Shown: in pieces, positions 19,601 to 28,150 of the stretch
Layout: each line of letters begins with the position of its first letter
Position numbering within the stretch: the stretch's first letter is position 1
NCBI GenBank assembly: GCA_905234565.1
Contig: CAJOHW010000028.1
Span: 9,874-73,873 of the forward strand
DNA length: 64,000 nt
Direction: 5' to 3'
DNA from: an uncultured Oscillibacter sp.
GTDB lineage: Bacteria; Bacillota; Clostridia; Oscillospirales; Oscillospiraceae
Program-made: the position numbers and the translations under genes
The notes under the pieces: generated by a model
Databases searched by the model: none
What the model saw: only the letters and a program-made list of their open reading frames with translations
Told to the model about the DNA's origin: nothing

Positions 19601-21750
19601 CGCTGGGGCACGGGATAGGGAGTGCCCGCCCGGACCGCCGCCCAGTAGACCGTGGCGGGTTCGTTGACGGTGCAGGTGAGCTGAATAGAGGTTGCCCGCA
19701 TGGAGGTGACGGTCATGGGAATGATAAAGACGGGAGGCGTGCCGTCCACGGTGGTGAAGGTCAGTTTCCGCACGCCGGAGCTCTGGGCGAAGTCCGCGTC
19801 TGTGAGCCAGAAGTAAATATCGTAGGTGTGGCGCTCCTCCAAACCCGTGATCTCGATGGTGGAGGGGATGCTGCGGGTCATATCCTTCTGTCCTCTGGCC
19901 AGGGATCCGGACAGGGACTGGGTCCGGAAGTCCGGCGCCGTGGGAGCGGCGCTGCTGCCGTTGTACAAGGCCCAGTAGAGGATGCAGTCCTTGTTGGTCA
20001 TGACCAGGACCTGGGACCAGAAGCGGTCGCTGGCGGTGGAGGCGGAATCATAGGTGTTGGCGCTGATGGAGGGGTAGCCGCTGGCGAAGTTGGGGACGGT
20101 GCCGTCCGGCGTGGAGAAGGACTCCACCTTAATCGCCGACCGGGTGCCCCGGGCGTCCACCATAATGGCGGAGAGGTAGTAAGAGCCTCCGGCGGTGAGG
20201 CCCGTGACGCTGGCCCGGGCCTCCGTATTGGAGGCGGTCAGGCGCACGGAGCCGCTTTTCAGGGCCTTGGAGCCGTAGGCGGAGGGGGAGATCAGCTCCT
20301 CCTCGTTGATGGACCCGTCGGCAATGCCGCTGACGGCCCAGTACACGGTGCCCGCCTTGTTTCCGGAGAAGATGGCCCGGCAGTTGGTGGGGGCCACGTT
20401 GTCTACCCGGGGATAGCCCGCTAAGAGCCGGGGATCCTCCGACGCCTCCGCCCCCTTGGAGGCGTCCATGCTCTCCCGGGCCACGTTGGAGGTGATGCCG
20501 GGCCGGATCTGGATGTTGTCCGGCAGCATGGCCACGGTGGTGCCGGTGGTGGTGATGTTGACGGTGTCAATGTCTCCCGCGCCGGTGACGGCGGTGGCGG
20601 TGTCTAAGTTCAGCTGCTTGACGGTGGCGTTGGTGTCAATGGCCAGGCTGGAGCCTGCCCCGTCCTCGTCCATGGTCAAGACCTGGGCGGTGCCCGCCGC
20701 CATGCGCACGGTACTGCCCGGGGTCCGGTTGACAACAGTTTCCAGGTTCCCGGTGAGAGCGAAACTGTCCCCGGAAGCGCCCTCTAAGGCCACGTTCAAA
20801 AGCCCCGATCCCGTGGGGGTCCGGTCCTGAAGGAAGGCGCTGGTGCGCACGGAGGTGTCGTGGATGGAGGTGGTGCCCTCCGCCCGCAGGGACAGGTACT
20901 GTCCGGTGATGCTGTCCACCTGCAGCTTGTCCGCGGAGACGTTCCGCAGCACCACGCTGTCATCTCCGGCCTCGGCCTCGCCGGTGCCCGCCACCACGAT
21001 GTTTCCAAGAACCCGGACGTTTTCCAACGTCAATCCCGCAAGCCCCAGCCCTCCGGTGACGTACAGGTCCCCGGCCACGGTGGTGTTGCGCAGGGTGGTG
21101 TCGGGGGTGGCGATGGTGAGGTTCCCCGCCACCTGGTCCAGCTCATAGGTGCCCGGCTCCTGGATCAAGGTGCCCAGGGCACGGTAGAGCAGGATCGCCA
21201 TAGCGCCCCGGGTGATGTACGCCTCGGGGCGGAAGGTGCCGTCCTCATAGCCCGCGATGAGGCCCTTTTCCACGGCGGCTTTCACATAGCCCTTGGAGTA
21301 GGGGGCGAAGCGGTTGCCGTCGGTGAACTCCGTCACCTCTCCGGGGACGGTGTCCAGACGCATATTCTTGGCAAGCAGGGTCATGGCCTGCTGGCGGGTG
21401 AGAAAATCGTTGGGGGCCGCGGTGGAGGCGGTGGTGCCGGTGAAATAGCCCACGTTGTAGGCGATGGCGATGTCGTCGGCGTACCAGGCCCCGGGGGTCA
21501 CGTCCTTAAAGGGGTGCTCGCCGACCTTGTCATAGCCGTAGGCACGGTTGATCATGGCCACGAACTGGGCCCGGGTGACCATGCGCTCGGGGTGGAGCTG
21601 CCCATCGGCGTAACCGTTGACCACGCCCCAGCCGTTGAGCTTCTCCAAGGGAATGTCATAGGGTTCGGCCCGAACCCCCGCCGCCAGCAGCGCCGCCGCC
21701 AGCACACAGGTACAAAGAAGGGCCCCGGCCCTCCGGAAAAATCTGCCCAT
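16603..21750 (-). CDS. S-layer/SLH-anchored giant surface protein (1715 aa)
   Basis: ATG at 21750 (MGRFFRRAGALLCTCVLAAALLAAGVRAE). Three N-terminal SLH domains (LNGWGVVNGYADGQLHPERMVTRAQF..., FKDVTPGAWYADDIAIAY..., FTDGNRFAPYSKGYVKAAVEKGLIAGYEDGTFRPE). These are followed by a beta-helix-like region and FN3-like modules. The 71-aa upstream extension in the track is not coding-like. Confidence 0.85.
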   Translation of the reverse strand: MGRFFRRAGALLCTCVLAAALLAAGVRAEPYDIPLEKLNGWGVVNGYADGQLHPERMVTRAQFVAMINRAYGYDKVGEHPFKDVTPGAWYADDIAIAYNVGYFTGTTASTAAPNDFLTRQQAMTLLAKNMRLDTVPGEVTEFTDGNRFAPYSKGYVKAAVEKGLIAGYEDGTFRPEAYITRGAMAILLYRALGTLIQEPGTYELDQVAGNLTIATPDTTLRNTTVAGDLYVTGGLGLAGLTLENVRVLGNIVVAGTGEAEAGDDSVVLRNVSADKLQVDSITGQYLSLRAEGTTSIHDTSVRTSAFLQDRTPTGSGLLNVALEGASGDSFALTGNLETVVNRTPGSTVRMAAGTAQVLTMDEDGAGSSLAIDTNATVKQLNLDTATAVTGAGDIDTVNITTTGTTVAMLPDNIQIRPGITSNVARESMDASKGAEASEDPRLLAGYPRVDNVAPTNCRAIFSGNKAGTVYWAVSGIADGSINEEELISPSAYGSKALKSGSVRLTASNTEARASVTGLTAGGSYYLSAIMVDARGTRSAIKVESFSTPDGTVPNFASGYPSISANTYDSASTASDRFWSQVLVMTNKDCILYWALYNGSSAAPTAPDFRTQSLSGSLARGQKDMTRSIPSTIEITGLEERHTYDIYFWLTDADFAQSSGVRKLTFTTVDGTPPVFIIPMTVTSMRATSIQLTCTVNEPATVYWAAVRAGTPYPVPQRGYDTVTETYAQIEISTGIGAVRFGSSSARANTPVNITVSGLSAQTAYDIWYLARDTAGNYSRWPDGDLNNPNDPNNPKNECMITANTLDNIPPTATQEFTRQRENTENNPYADTSVRLVFNEGIQRYTTGQRFLDLYEQVASAQSASELYEARKALGEALSACIRLYERPSSGLPIQVPERSYNNERLNEPWVIDFRNARVFMEEANLVILLPTVVETPLTQGTSALKLASGTFYYFELEDIADVSSSRNRMQLTRLPRFRTVDSEVALTTLSLAVSSYPVGVSDIDMSFSATPISTAQADASLSWDMLIWSDISCQYEVYTRVRDADPTGEYHVDMEGLDGPATDANGWYRVQSRDGSGGIGRVAIPSTMRGQRIGQSLQFNLYGNGVGETPALRDLSDNLIYEYAIRFLEVNGDNDRTGWSQEVNFYISVVSGVSVNLYNLAANITEDRFAQDKREESVFEVGNPSDLGFRLTRRFLDTVAPSFSSGRPIFEPGDVSVEMRLQISRIGTVFYALAPADGTITTRDLDGIVVDWNRHDEIPSSGSDVRLDSSGNEIRDENGQSIPLAPFEVSVPPYLEIVNPEYDNPDIRTGSTNITSGSVSVTVAGLIPETDYFAYFVIRGTGQTYSRYVQLYRFTTTEVRRPVLTLDLANPVVNIGTNREASVDFMVVNYNSSALSNLLSRAFWNNDPCGNIPAPSSYRNYAGITNVLQAMSTNLASTDDNGQGSVFDKYATQTYKDQLAEYIRASAANTAGTIIGVGHGIEVNPGIRHRVDCSEYPMSERAQYAFLAVGRSPSGSGDAFRGIYPLTLVDNEAPVVTAVQSTLTMDKTTDAQGNTKTLDTCSGRVSLTFNEYLFHSDDSTAPPTLRQVDRGSILTSARQEGAYSNFISIGSLVQSESDATAVGLMLSDSQVGRQTLTIDFAFDHAQDGTFITFNADLCDQYSNVRSSPLTVSIEIQKVRTVEDWDPLTGEPIYTAVSTPVVHITPAWDGRQNATE

Positions 21751-21757
21751 AGACACC

Positions 21758-22420
21758 TCACTTTCTGGCATTCTGGATGGATTCGATCTGTACGTTGAAC
21801 ACGGCCTCCTGCAGCATGGCCTCCTGGTCATGGATGAGATCCGGGAACCGGGCGGCGTACCGCCGGACCGTTCCGGCCTCCTGCCCGATGCCCGCAATGG
21901 CGGCGCTGACCCCGGCGGGGGGATCCTGGACCGGATCGGCGCGGAGAATCTCCGCGTCCACAAGCAGGGGTCCCTCGGAGGTGATGGGGATCACCAGTTC
22001 CGGCACCTCTCCCGGCTCAAAGGGGGCGGCGCAGTAGAAGGCGATGCCCCCGCAGCTTAAGTCAATGGACCGGTACCGCCACCGTCCCCCCTCCTTGGGA
22101 TAGGCCAGGCTCTCAAAGTTCACGGGCATCCGGAAGTGCCGCCGGACCTGGGAGCCCAGCTTCCGCATGGGTTCCAGCACCACCTGGTTGCCCCGGCGGA
22201 AGATCACCCGTCCCAGCATCACCGCCGTGGAGATCCCCGGGGGCACCACCTGGATGACCTCCGCGTTCACCACGCTGTCCGTCTGGCCCTCCACAATCCG
22301 GATTTGGAGGTTGGCGTCTTCCAGGGAGTTTTCCAGCTCCCCCTTGGCCAGGATGTGGGAGTTGGCGTCCATCAGCAGATGGACCACCCCGGCCCGCTTC
22401 TTCTTTCCAAAACCAAACAT
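21758..22420 (-). CDS. PilZ-domain c-di-GMP receptor (YcgR/flagellar-brake-like)
   Basis: RRHFR (RxxxR) followed by SIDLSCGGIAF (DxSxxG). ATG at 22420, 4 nt after the upstream stop. The stop lies 7 nt before the SLH gene ATG. Confidence 0.8.
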   Translation of the reverse strand: MFGFGKKKRAGVVHLLMDANSHILAKGELENSLEDANLQIRIVEGQTDSVVNAEVIQVVPPGISTAVMLGRVIFRRGNQVVLEPMRKLGSQVRRHFRMPVNFESLAYPKEGGRWRYRSIDLSCGGIAFYCAAPFEPGEVPELVIPITSEGPLLVDAEILRADPVQDPPAGVSAAIAGIGQEAGTVRRYAARFPDLIHDQEAMLQEAVFNVQIESIQNARK

Positions 22421-22424
22421 CCCC

Positions 22425-22790
22425 TCAGCTCCCTTCTCCACGCAGATCTTCCCCGGGCTCCGGCAGGTCCTCTCCGGCCTCCGGACCGGGAGCGGCGGGC
22501 TGCACCGGCAGGGCCGCCGTATGGGTCTCCCGCTTCTGGGGGTCGAAGTTCAAAAAGTACACGTAGATCTCCACAATGGCCTGGTACAGCTCCGGGGGGA
22601 TCTCCTGGCCCAGGTTCAGCTGGGACAGGATGGTGGCCAGGGAGTCGTCCTCATAGACCGGGACGCCGTTCTCCTGGGCCACATCCACGATTTTCTCCGC
22701 CAGGTATCCCATGCCCGACGCCACCACCACCGGCGCGGCGTCGTCCGGGCCGTATTGCAGGGCCACTGCCCGTCTGCTCTGTCTTGGCAT
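22425..22790 (-). CDS. FlhB C-terminal-domain-like protein (EscU/YscU family, YlqH-like)
   Basis: AVALQYGPDDAAPVVVASGMGYLAEKIVDVAQENGVPVYEDDSLATILSQLNLGQEIPPELYQAIVEIYVY matches the cleaved C-terminal FlhB domain fold family. Confidence 0.75.
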   Translation of the reverse strand: MPRQSRRAVALQYGPDDAAPVVVASGMGYLAEKIVDVAQENGVPVYEDDSLATILSQLNLGQEIPPELYQAIVEIYVYFLNFDPQKRETHTAALPVQPAAPGPEAGEDLPEPGEDLRGEGS

Positions 22791-22826
22791 CCGCCCACCG
22801 TCCTTTCCTGTATAATACGCCCCGGG

Positions 22827-24245
22827 CTACACCCGCACGTTGACGCCGGAACGGTTCTTGAACAGCTTGGGAAAGGCGTCGGACACGGCGGCGGCGCGGC
22901 GCATCCGGGCCACCCGGACCTCCTCCACATTCAGGCCGTTGCGTTTGAGGATCTCCCCCATGCTCCGGCCCACCGCGTCCATAAACGGCGCCACGCTCTC
23001 CGGACACGCCACGCTCAAAGATACCTGCTCCCCCTTGGCGTTAAAGAGCAGATCGAAGGCTCCCAGGGATTCCACGTCCATTTTAATGAGGATCCGCAGC
23101 GTCCGCTCCCCGCCGCCGCCCCGTTTGGCCTCATCTTCCGCGTCCGGATCCACCCACATCTCCGCAAACATCCGGTTGCCGTTCCAGTTCAGGGGGATCA
23201 TGGCATGGCTCAGGGGCATATACACGCTCTCGTTCACCAGCACGGAGGCCATGATGTTCTGGAAAGCCTCCTGGGCCCCGGGCCCTCCTTCCCCCCGCAG
23301 GGCCCGGGAAGTGAGGTCCGCTAAGTGCCCCGCGAACTGGTTGTTCTGAGAGGATTTGAAGAACTCCCCCTCCCGCAGCAGCCGCAGAATCTCCTCATCG
23401 CTCAGCCGCCCCAGTTCCTGGGGGAACACCCCCCCGGCGGTCAGGGCCCGGAAGGAGCGCACCAAACCCTCCGGGGACCCGTTTTCATACCGGGCAACAT
23501 CTAAAGCCAGCATGGAGAGCAAGGCCCTGGCCCGGCCGTGGTCGTGGGTGGTGGAGACGTACCGGGAGATCAGGGGGAACAGTTCCCCCCGCAAAAGGTT
23601 CAGATTTCCCTCCCGGTCCCCGGCGGCCACGCCGTTTTGGAGCTTCGCCAGAATCTCCCCGCAGCGGTCCGCCCACTGGGAGGGCAGGGAGTCCCGCATC
23701 TCCTCCGTAAAGCGGAGGATCTTCCCTTCCAGGTGGTCCGTGGAGGTGTAGTCGCTGTACCGGCGGAGGAACTGTAAGATCTCCGAGCGCAGAAAGTCCG
23801 ACTGGCCCCCCGCCGCGGCGTCCCGCAGCAGCTGGAACAACGCCCCGGAAAACCGGGAGCCGCTTTGGAGCTGGTTGCGCAGAAAGTCCAGCAGCTGCCC
23901 CTCGTCCATCTTCAGAAATTCCAGGAACTCCGAGAGCTCTTTGGCAAAGCCCTCCCGGATCCCGGAGGTGACGCTGTTTTGCCATTGCAGCAGGCGCATA
24001 AAGGTCTCCGGCAGGTCCCGGGACGAGCGCAGGCGCTGCAAAAAGGTCATGTAGTTGGACTCGTACCGGGCCGCGCCGGTGGAGTCGCCGGTGTCCTGGC
24101 GCTCCGTCTTGCCGTCCGGCCGGACCACCCGGTTGGGATCGACAATGTTCTGTACGCTGGTATCTCCCGGCGGCGGCACCGTCACCTTGACGGGCTGGGG
24201 TTCATAGCCGGGTACCGGATTGGTGGGTCCCAGTAAGGACGGCAT
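22827..24245 (-). CDS. Hypothetical flagellar-locus protein, possibly FliK-like hook-length control protein
   Basis: 472-aa ORF. The C-terminal segment RTLRILIKMDVESLGAFDLLFNAKGEQVSLSVACPESVAPFMDAVGRSMGEILKRNGL resembles the FliK C-terminal (Flg_hook) pattern. It sits upstream of the flhB-like gene. Confidence 0.4.
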   Translation of the reverse strand: MPSLLGPTNPVPGYEPQPVKVTVPPPGDTSVQNIVDPNRVVRPDGKTERQDTGDSTGAARYESNYMTFLQRLRSSRDLPETFMRLLQWQNSVTSGIREGFAKELSEFLEFLKMDEGQLLDFLRNQLQSGSRFSGALFQLLRDAAAGGQSDFLRSEILQFLRRYSDYTSTDHLEGKILRFTEEMRDSLPSQWADRCGEILAKLQNGVAAGDREGNLNLLRGELFPLISRYVSTTHDHGRARALLSMLALDVARYENGSPEGLVRSFRALTAGGVFPQELGRLSDEEILRLLREGEFFKSSQNNQFAGHLADLTSRALRGEGGPGAQEAFQNIMASVLVNESVYMPLSHAMIPLNWNGNRMFAEMWVDPDAEDEAKRGGGGERTLRILIKMDVESLGAFDLLFNAKGEQVSLSVACPESVAPFMDAVGRSMGEILKRNGLNVEEVRVARMRRAAAVSDAFPKLFKNRSGVNVRV

Positions 24246-24352
24246 AGCGGTTTCTCTCCTTTTCTGCGGCGTCCGAGGGGGCTCTCAGGCCCGCAGGGAC
24301 GGGATTTTCGGGAAGGGCGGAGGGGAAATTGAAAAAAAAGAGTGGACAACCC

Positions 24353-24379
24353 TTAACTTCTGGTATAAAATGTCGATAG
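24353..24379 (+). promoter_or_regulatory. Sigma-28 (SigD/FliA)-type promoter upstream of cheA
   Basis: TTAA-N15-GTCGATAG, compared with the consensus TAAA-N15-GCCGATAA. Confidence 0.5.
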
Positions 24380-24453
24380 CATATTTAAGAGGCGGTTGGT
24401 CTGCCATTCCGTGGCCGGGCCGCCAGACAGTGCTGGAAGGAGATACCATAAGT

Positions 24454-26565
24454 ATGAACGATATGCTGGAAGCCTACCTGTTTGAAATGCACTCCCTGCT
24501 GGAGCAGCTGGACGATCTGGTCCTTGCCGCCGAACAGGCCCACACCTTTTCCCAGGACGATGTCAATGAGATCTTCCGCATCATGCATACGATCAAAGGC
24601 TCCTCCGCCATGATGGAGTTCAACTCCCTCATGACCATTGCCCACCGCATTGAGGACCTGTTCTATGTCATCCGGGAAAAGACCATGGACGCCATCCCCG
24701 AGGAGCGCAAGGGAGAGCTCTTTGATCTGATCTTCCACTCCATCGACTTCTTCCGGGATGAGATCGGAAAGGTGGAGGGCAATCAGCCCCTTAATACTTC
24801 TATCGACTCATTCTTAGATAAGATTAATAGCTTTGCCAACAAAATTTCCGGCGGAGCGTCCGTGCCCCAGGAAGAGGAGGCCCCCCAGGAAGCCCCCAGC
24901 CCCGAGGCCGCCCAGTACGCCAGCGCCGAGTTCCCCTACGCCCTGCGGGTGGTGTTCGACGAGGGCGTGGGCATGGAGAACCTGCGGGCCATGATGCTGG
25001 TCAACGCCGTGAAGGACTTCTGCGAGGAGAGCCAGTTCGACTTCTATCCCCCGGACGTGCAGCTCAACCCCGAAACCGCCAACTTCATCATTGACAACGG
25101 CTTCTTCCTCCGCTTCCGCTCCGCGGCGGACCGGGAGGAGGCCCTGCCCGCCGTGCGGGACAACGGGGCCGTGAAGGAGTTCCAGACCTTTACCGCCCCC
25201 GCGCCGGCGCCGGAGCCGGAGAGCGCGGCGGAGGAAGCGGAAGAATCCCTTCCCGAGGAACCGTCGCCCCAGGCGGAGGCTCCCGTCCAGGAGGCCCCCC
25301 GTCCGGCGGTGCAGGCCCCCCAGACGACGGCCCAGACCCAGCAGTCCGCCGCCGCCGCTGCCGCCGCCAAACAGGCCCATGTGAAAGAGAGCCTGATCTC
25401 CGTGTCCCTGGGGAAACTGGACGCCCTTATGGCCGTGGTCAGCGAGATCGTCATCACCGAGGCCCAGGTCACCGCCTCTCCGGACCTGCGGGGGCTGAAG
25501 CTGGATAACTTCACCAAGGCCGCAAGACAGCTGCGCTCCCTGACGGACAACCTCCAGGACGTGGCCATGTCCCTGCGGATGGTCCCCGTGTCCAGCACCT
25601 TCCAAAAGATGAAGCGCATCGTCCGGGATATGAGCAAGAAGCTCAATAAGGAGACGAACCTGACCCTCATCGGCGAGGACACCGAGGTGGACAAGACCAT
25701 CGTGGACAGCATCTCCGATCCCATCATGCACATCGTGCGCAACTCCATGGACCACGGCATCGAGAGCAGCCAGGCCGAGCGCATCGCCGCCGGGAAGGAC
25801 CCCGTGGGCAAGATCACCCTGGCCGCCCGGCAGACCGGCAGCGAGGTCATCATCGAAATCAGCGACGACGGCGCCGGCGTGGACGACGACGCCGTGCTGA
25901 ACAAGGCCATCCGCCAGGGCCTGGCCACTCCCGGCGTGGAATACTCCCACAAGGACATCCTGAACTTCCTGCTCATGCCGGGCTTCTCCACCAACACCGA
26001 GGTCACGGAGTACTCCGGCCGGGGCGTGGGCATGGACGTGGTCAAGAGCAACGTGGAGAGCGTAGGCGGCACCGTCACCATCACCAGCACCCGGGGCAAG
26101 GGCATGACCACCACGCTGAAGATCCCCCTGACCATGGCCATTCTGGACGGCATGGAGGTCTCCGTGGGCAAGTCCATCTTCACCGTGCCCATCAGCAACA
26201 TCCGCCAGATCTTCAAGGCTTCGGATATGCACATCATCCAGGACCCCACCCACGGCGAGATGATCAAGATCGTGGACAACTTCTACTCCATCGTCCGGGC
26301 CAAGGACTTCTTCCGCATCGACAGCGGCGTGGACAACTTCGACAACGGCGTGCTGCTGTGGGTGGAGTCCGGGGACAACTCCTTCTGCCTGTTTGTGGAC
26401 GCCCTCATCGGCGAGCAGCAGGTAGTGGTCAAGCCCCTGCCGGACTATGTGAACAACTTCGGCATCAAGGATTCCGGGATTTCCGGCTGCACGATCCTGG
26501 GCGACGGCAGTATCAGCATCATCCTGGCCGTTGAGAACATCTACACCGCCCAGGACAACATCTGA
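24454..26565 (+). CDS. cheA: Chemotaxis histidine kinase CheA
   Basis: ATG at 24454 after ggaaggag. HPt (FRIMHTIKGSSAMM), N-box HIVRNSMDHGIE, G1 DDGAGVD, G2 GRGVGMDVV and a C-terminal CheW-like domain. Confidence 0.92.
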   Translation: MNDMLEAYLFEMHSLLEQLDDLVLAAEQAHTFSQDDVNEIFRIMHTIKGSSAMMEFNSLMTIAHRIEDLFYVIREKTMDAIPEERKGELFDLIFHSIDFFRDEIGKVEGNQPLNTSIDSFLDKINSFANKISGGASVPQEEEAPQEAPSPEAAQYASAEFPYALRVVFDEGVGMENLRAMMLVNAVKDFCEESQFDFYPPDVQLNPETANFIIDNGFFLRFRSAADREEALPAVRDNGAVKEFQTFTAPAPAPEPESAAEEAEESLPEEPSPQAEAPVQEAPRPAVQAPQTTAQTQQSAAAAAAAKQAHVKESLISVSLGKLDALMAVVSEIVITEAQVTASPDLRGLKLDNFTKAARQLRSLTDNLQDVAMSLRMVPVSSTFQKMKRIVRDMSKKLNKETNLTLIGEDTEVDKTIVDSISDPIMHIVRNSMDHGIESSQAERIAAGKDPVGKITLAARQTGSEVIIEISDDGAGVDDDAVLNKAIRQGLATPGVEYSHKDILNFLLMPGFSTNTEVTEYSGRGVGMDVVKSNVESVGGTVTITSTRGKGMTTTLKIPLTMAILDGMEVSVGKSIFTVPISNIRQIFKASDMHIIQDPTHGEMIKIVDNFYSIVRAKDFFRIDSGVDNFDNGVLLWVESGDNSFCLFVDALIGEQQVVVKPLPDYVNNFGIKDSGISGCTILGDGSISIILAVENIYTAQDNI

Positions 26566-26583
26566 GTTGGGAGGAGTATTGGA

Positions 26584-27066
26584 ATGTCTGAAGAAAACGG
26601 CCTGTTTGCCCGGAATGACGAGATCAATAACGCCCTGAACGTCCATGAGACGGACGAGGAGAAATATCTGATCTTCCGCTCCAGCGGCATCCTCTACGCC
26701 ATGAGCACGGATTTCGTCAACGAGATCTTCACCAGCGTGGACATCACCCAGGTGCCCATGGTGCCGGAGTACATCGCGGGGGTCATCAACCTCCGGGGCG
26801 CGGTGGTGCCCATCATCGACTTCCGGCTGCTGCTGGGCCGGATCCCCGAGGGGGAGAGCAACGCCATCATCCTGAACATCGAGGATATCATCATCGGCAT
26901 CCTGGTGGACAGCGTGGATCAGATGGTGGACATCTCCAAGGCGGCCATTCTGCCGGTGCCCTCCCAGAACGAGCACAAGCTGGTGTCGGGGATGTGCACC
27001 CTGCCCGGGGGCCACGGCACCATCATGGTCCTGGACGGCAAGGCCCTGGTCCACGTCCACGAGTAA
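26584..27066 (+). CDS. cheW: Chemotaxis coupling protein CheW
   Basis: 160 aa; YLIFRSSGILYAM...VPEYIAGVINLRGAVVPIIDFR. Confidence 0.9.
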   Translation: MSEENGLFARNDEINNALNVHETDEEKYLIFRSSGILYAMSTDFVNEIFTSVDITQVPMVPEYIAGVINLRGAVVPIIDFRLLLGRIPEGESNAIILNIEDIIIGILVDSVDQMVDISKAAILPVPSQNEHKLVSGMCTLPGGHGTIMVLDGKALVHVHE

Positions 27067-27103
27067 AAAAGCGCGGGAGCGAGTAAAAAGCGCGAATAAA
27101 ACA

Positions 27104-27145
27104 CGCGGTCTGCCCGCCCCGGGCGGGGGGGCCGCGTCTCTTTTT
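27104..27145 (+). terminator. Rho-independent terminator after cheW
   Basis: cgcggtctgcccgcc-ccg-ggcggggggccgcg stem followed by tctcttttt. Confidence 0.5.
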
Positions 27146-27163
27146 CATCTTTTCGATTTATAC

Positions 27164-27245
27164 CTGTGCACGATAAGATTTTCCGTTCGTTGCCGTGTCA
27201 GTGACCTAAAATGCGGCAAATCTTAAAGAGCGCGAGTAAAAAAAG
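27164..27245 (+). repeat. Interspersed repeat family, copy B (upstream of cheR)
   Basis: ttttccgttcgttgccgtgtcagtgacctaaaatgcggcaaatcttaaagagcgcgagtaaaaaaag aligns with copy A. It contains a TTGCCG...CGGCAA hairpin. Confidence 0.55.
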
Positions 27246-27272
27246 ATTCTGTCAAAGTGAGGAGAATGACGC

Positions 27273-28091
27273 ATGGGCAGCAGCATGAAACCCCTGCTGA
27301 TTTCAGACCAGGATTTTAACCGCATGGTCCGGTTCGTGAAGGGCAATTACGGCATTGACCTCCACCAGAAGCGCCAGCTGATGCAAAGCCGTCTGAGCAG
27401 CCTGATCCAGAGCAAGGGCTTCGGGGATTTCAAGGATTACGTGGACTATCTGCTCACCCGGGGCACCGGAGAGGACATCAACCAGCTCCTCTCCAAGCTC
27501 ACCACCAACTATACCTATTTCATGCGGGAGACGGAGTCCTTCGACTACTTCGTCAAGGCCATTCTGCCCCAGATCACCCGCCGCCACCAGTCGGACAAGT
27601 CCCTGGCCCTGTGGAGCGCGGGGTGTTCCTCCGGAGAGGAGCCCTACAACGTCACCATGTACCTGCTGGACTACTTCGGGGGCCAGGCGGGAGCCTGGGA
27701 TACCCGGATTCTGGCCACGGACCTGTCCGTGGAGGTGCTGAACAAGGCCCAGCGGGGGGTCTACCAGCTGCCGGACACCATGCCCGCCAAGTGGAAACAG
27801 GACTACTTCGTCCCCGCCCCGGGAGGGCGCTATCAGGTGGCCCCCAAAGTCCGGCGGAATGTGATCTTCCAGCAGTTCAATCTGATGGAACCCATCCGGT
27901 TCCGGAAGAAGTTCGATGTGATCTTCTGCCGGAACGTGATGATCTACTTTGACCAGCCCACCAAAAACGCCCTGATCCGGCGCTTTTACGACGCCACCGC
28001 CCCCGGCGGGTACCTGATCATCAGCCTGTCGGAGAACCTGCCGCCGGATCTCCCCTATAAGCGGGTGGCAACCTCGATTTTCCAGAAGTGA
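27273..28091 (+). CDS. cheR: Chemotaxis protein methyltransferase CheR
   Basis: 272 aa; LWSAGCSSGEEPYNVTMYL SAM-binding motif, FCRNVMIYFD. Confidence 0.9.
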   Translation: MGSSMKPLLISDQDFNRMVRFVKGNYGIDLHQKRQLMQSRLSSLIQSKGFGDFKDYVDYLLTRGTGEDINQLLSKLTTNYTYFMRETESFDYFVKAILPQITRRHQSDKSLALWSAGCSSGEEPYNVTMYLLDYFGGQAGAWDTRILATDLSVEVLNKAQRGVYQLPDTMPAKWKQDYFVPAPGGRYQVAPKVRRNVIFQQFNLMEPIRFRKKFDVIFCRNVMIYFDQPTKNALIRRFYDATAPGGYLIISLSENLPPDLPYKRVATSIFQK

Positions 28092-28150
28092 GACACTCCC
28101 CGCTCCCGCAGGGGGCGGGGATGGGATACATAAGCAAAGGAGGGGCGCAG

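Noticed and set aside
24220-24453. Upstream 78-codon extension of cheA. Similar track extensions were also set aside:
- 7165 for hppA
- 28088 for cheB
- 21751-21963 for the SLH gene
- 54400-54717 for ricT
- 56424-57599 for alaX
   Set aside because: Each extension lacks an SD and overlaps an upstream gene or promoter. In every case an internal start with a good SD reproduces the canonical N-terminus of the family.
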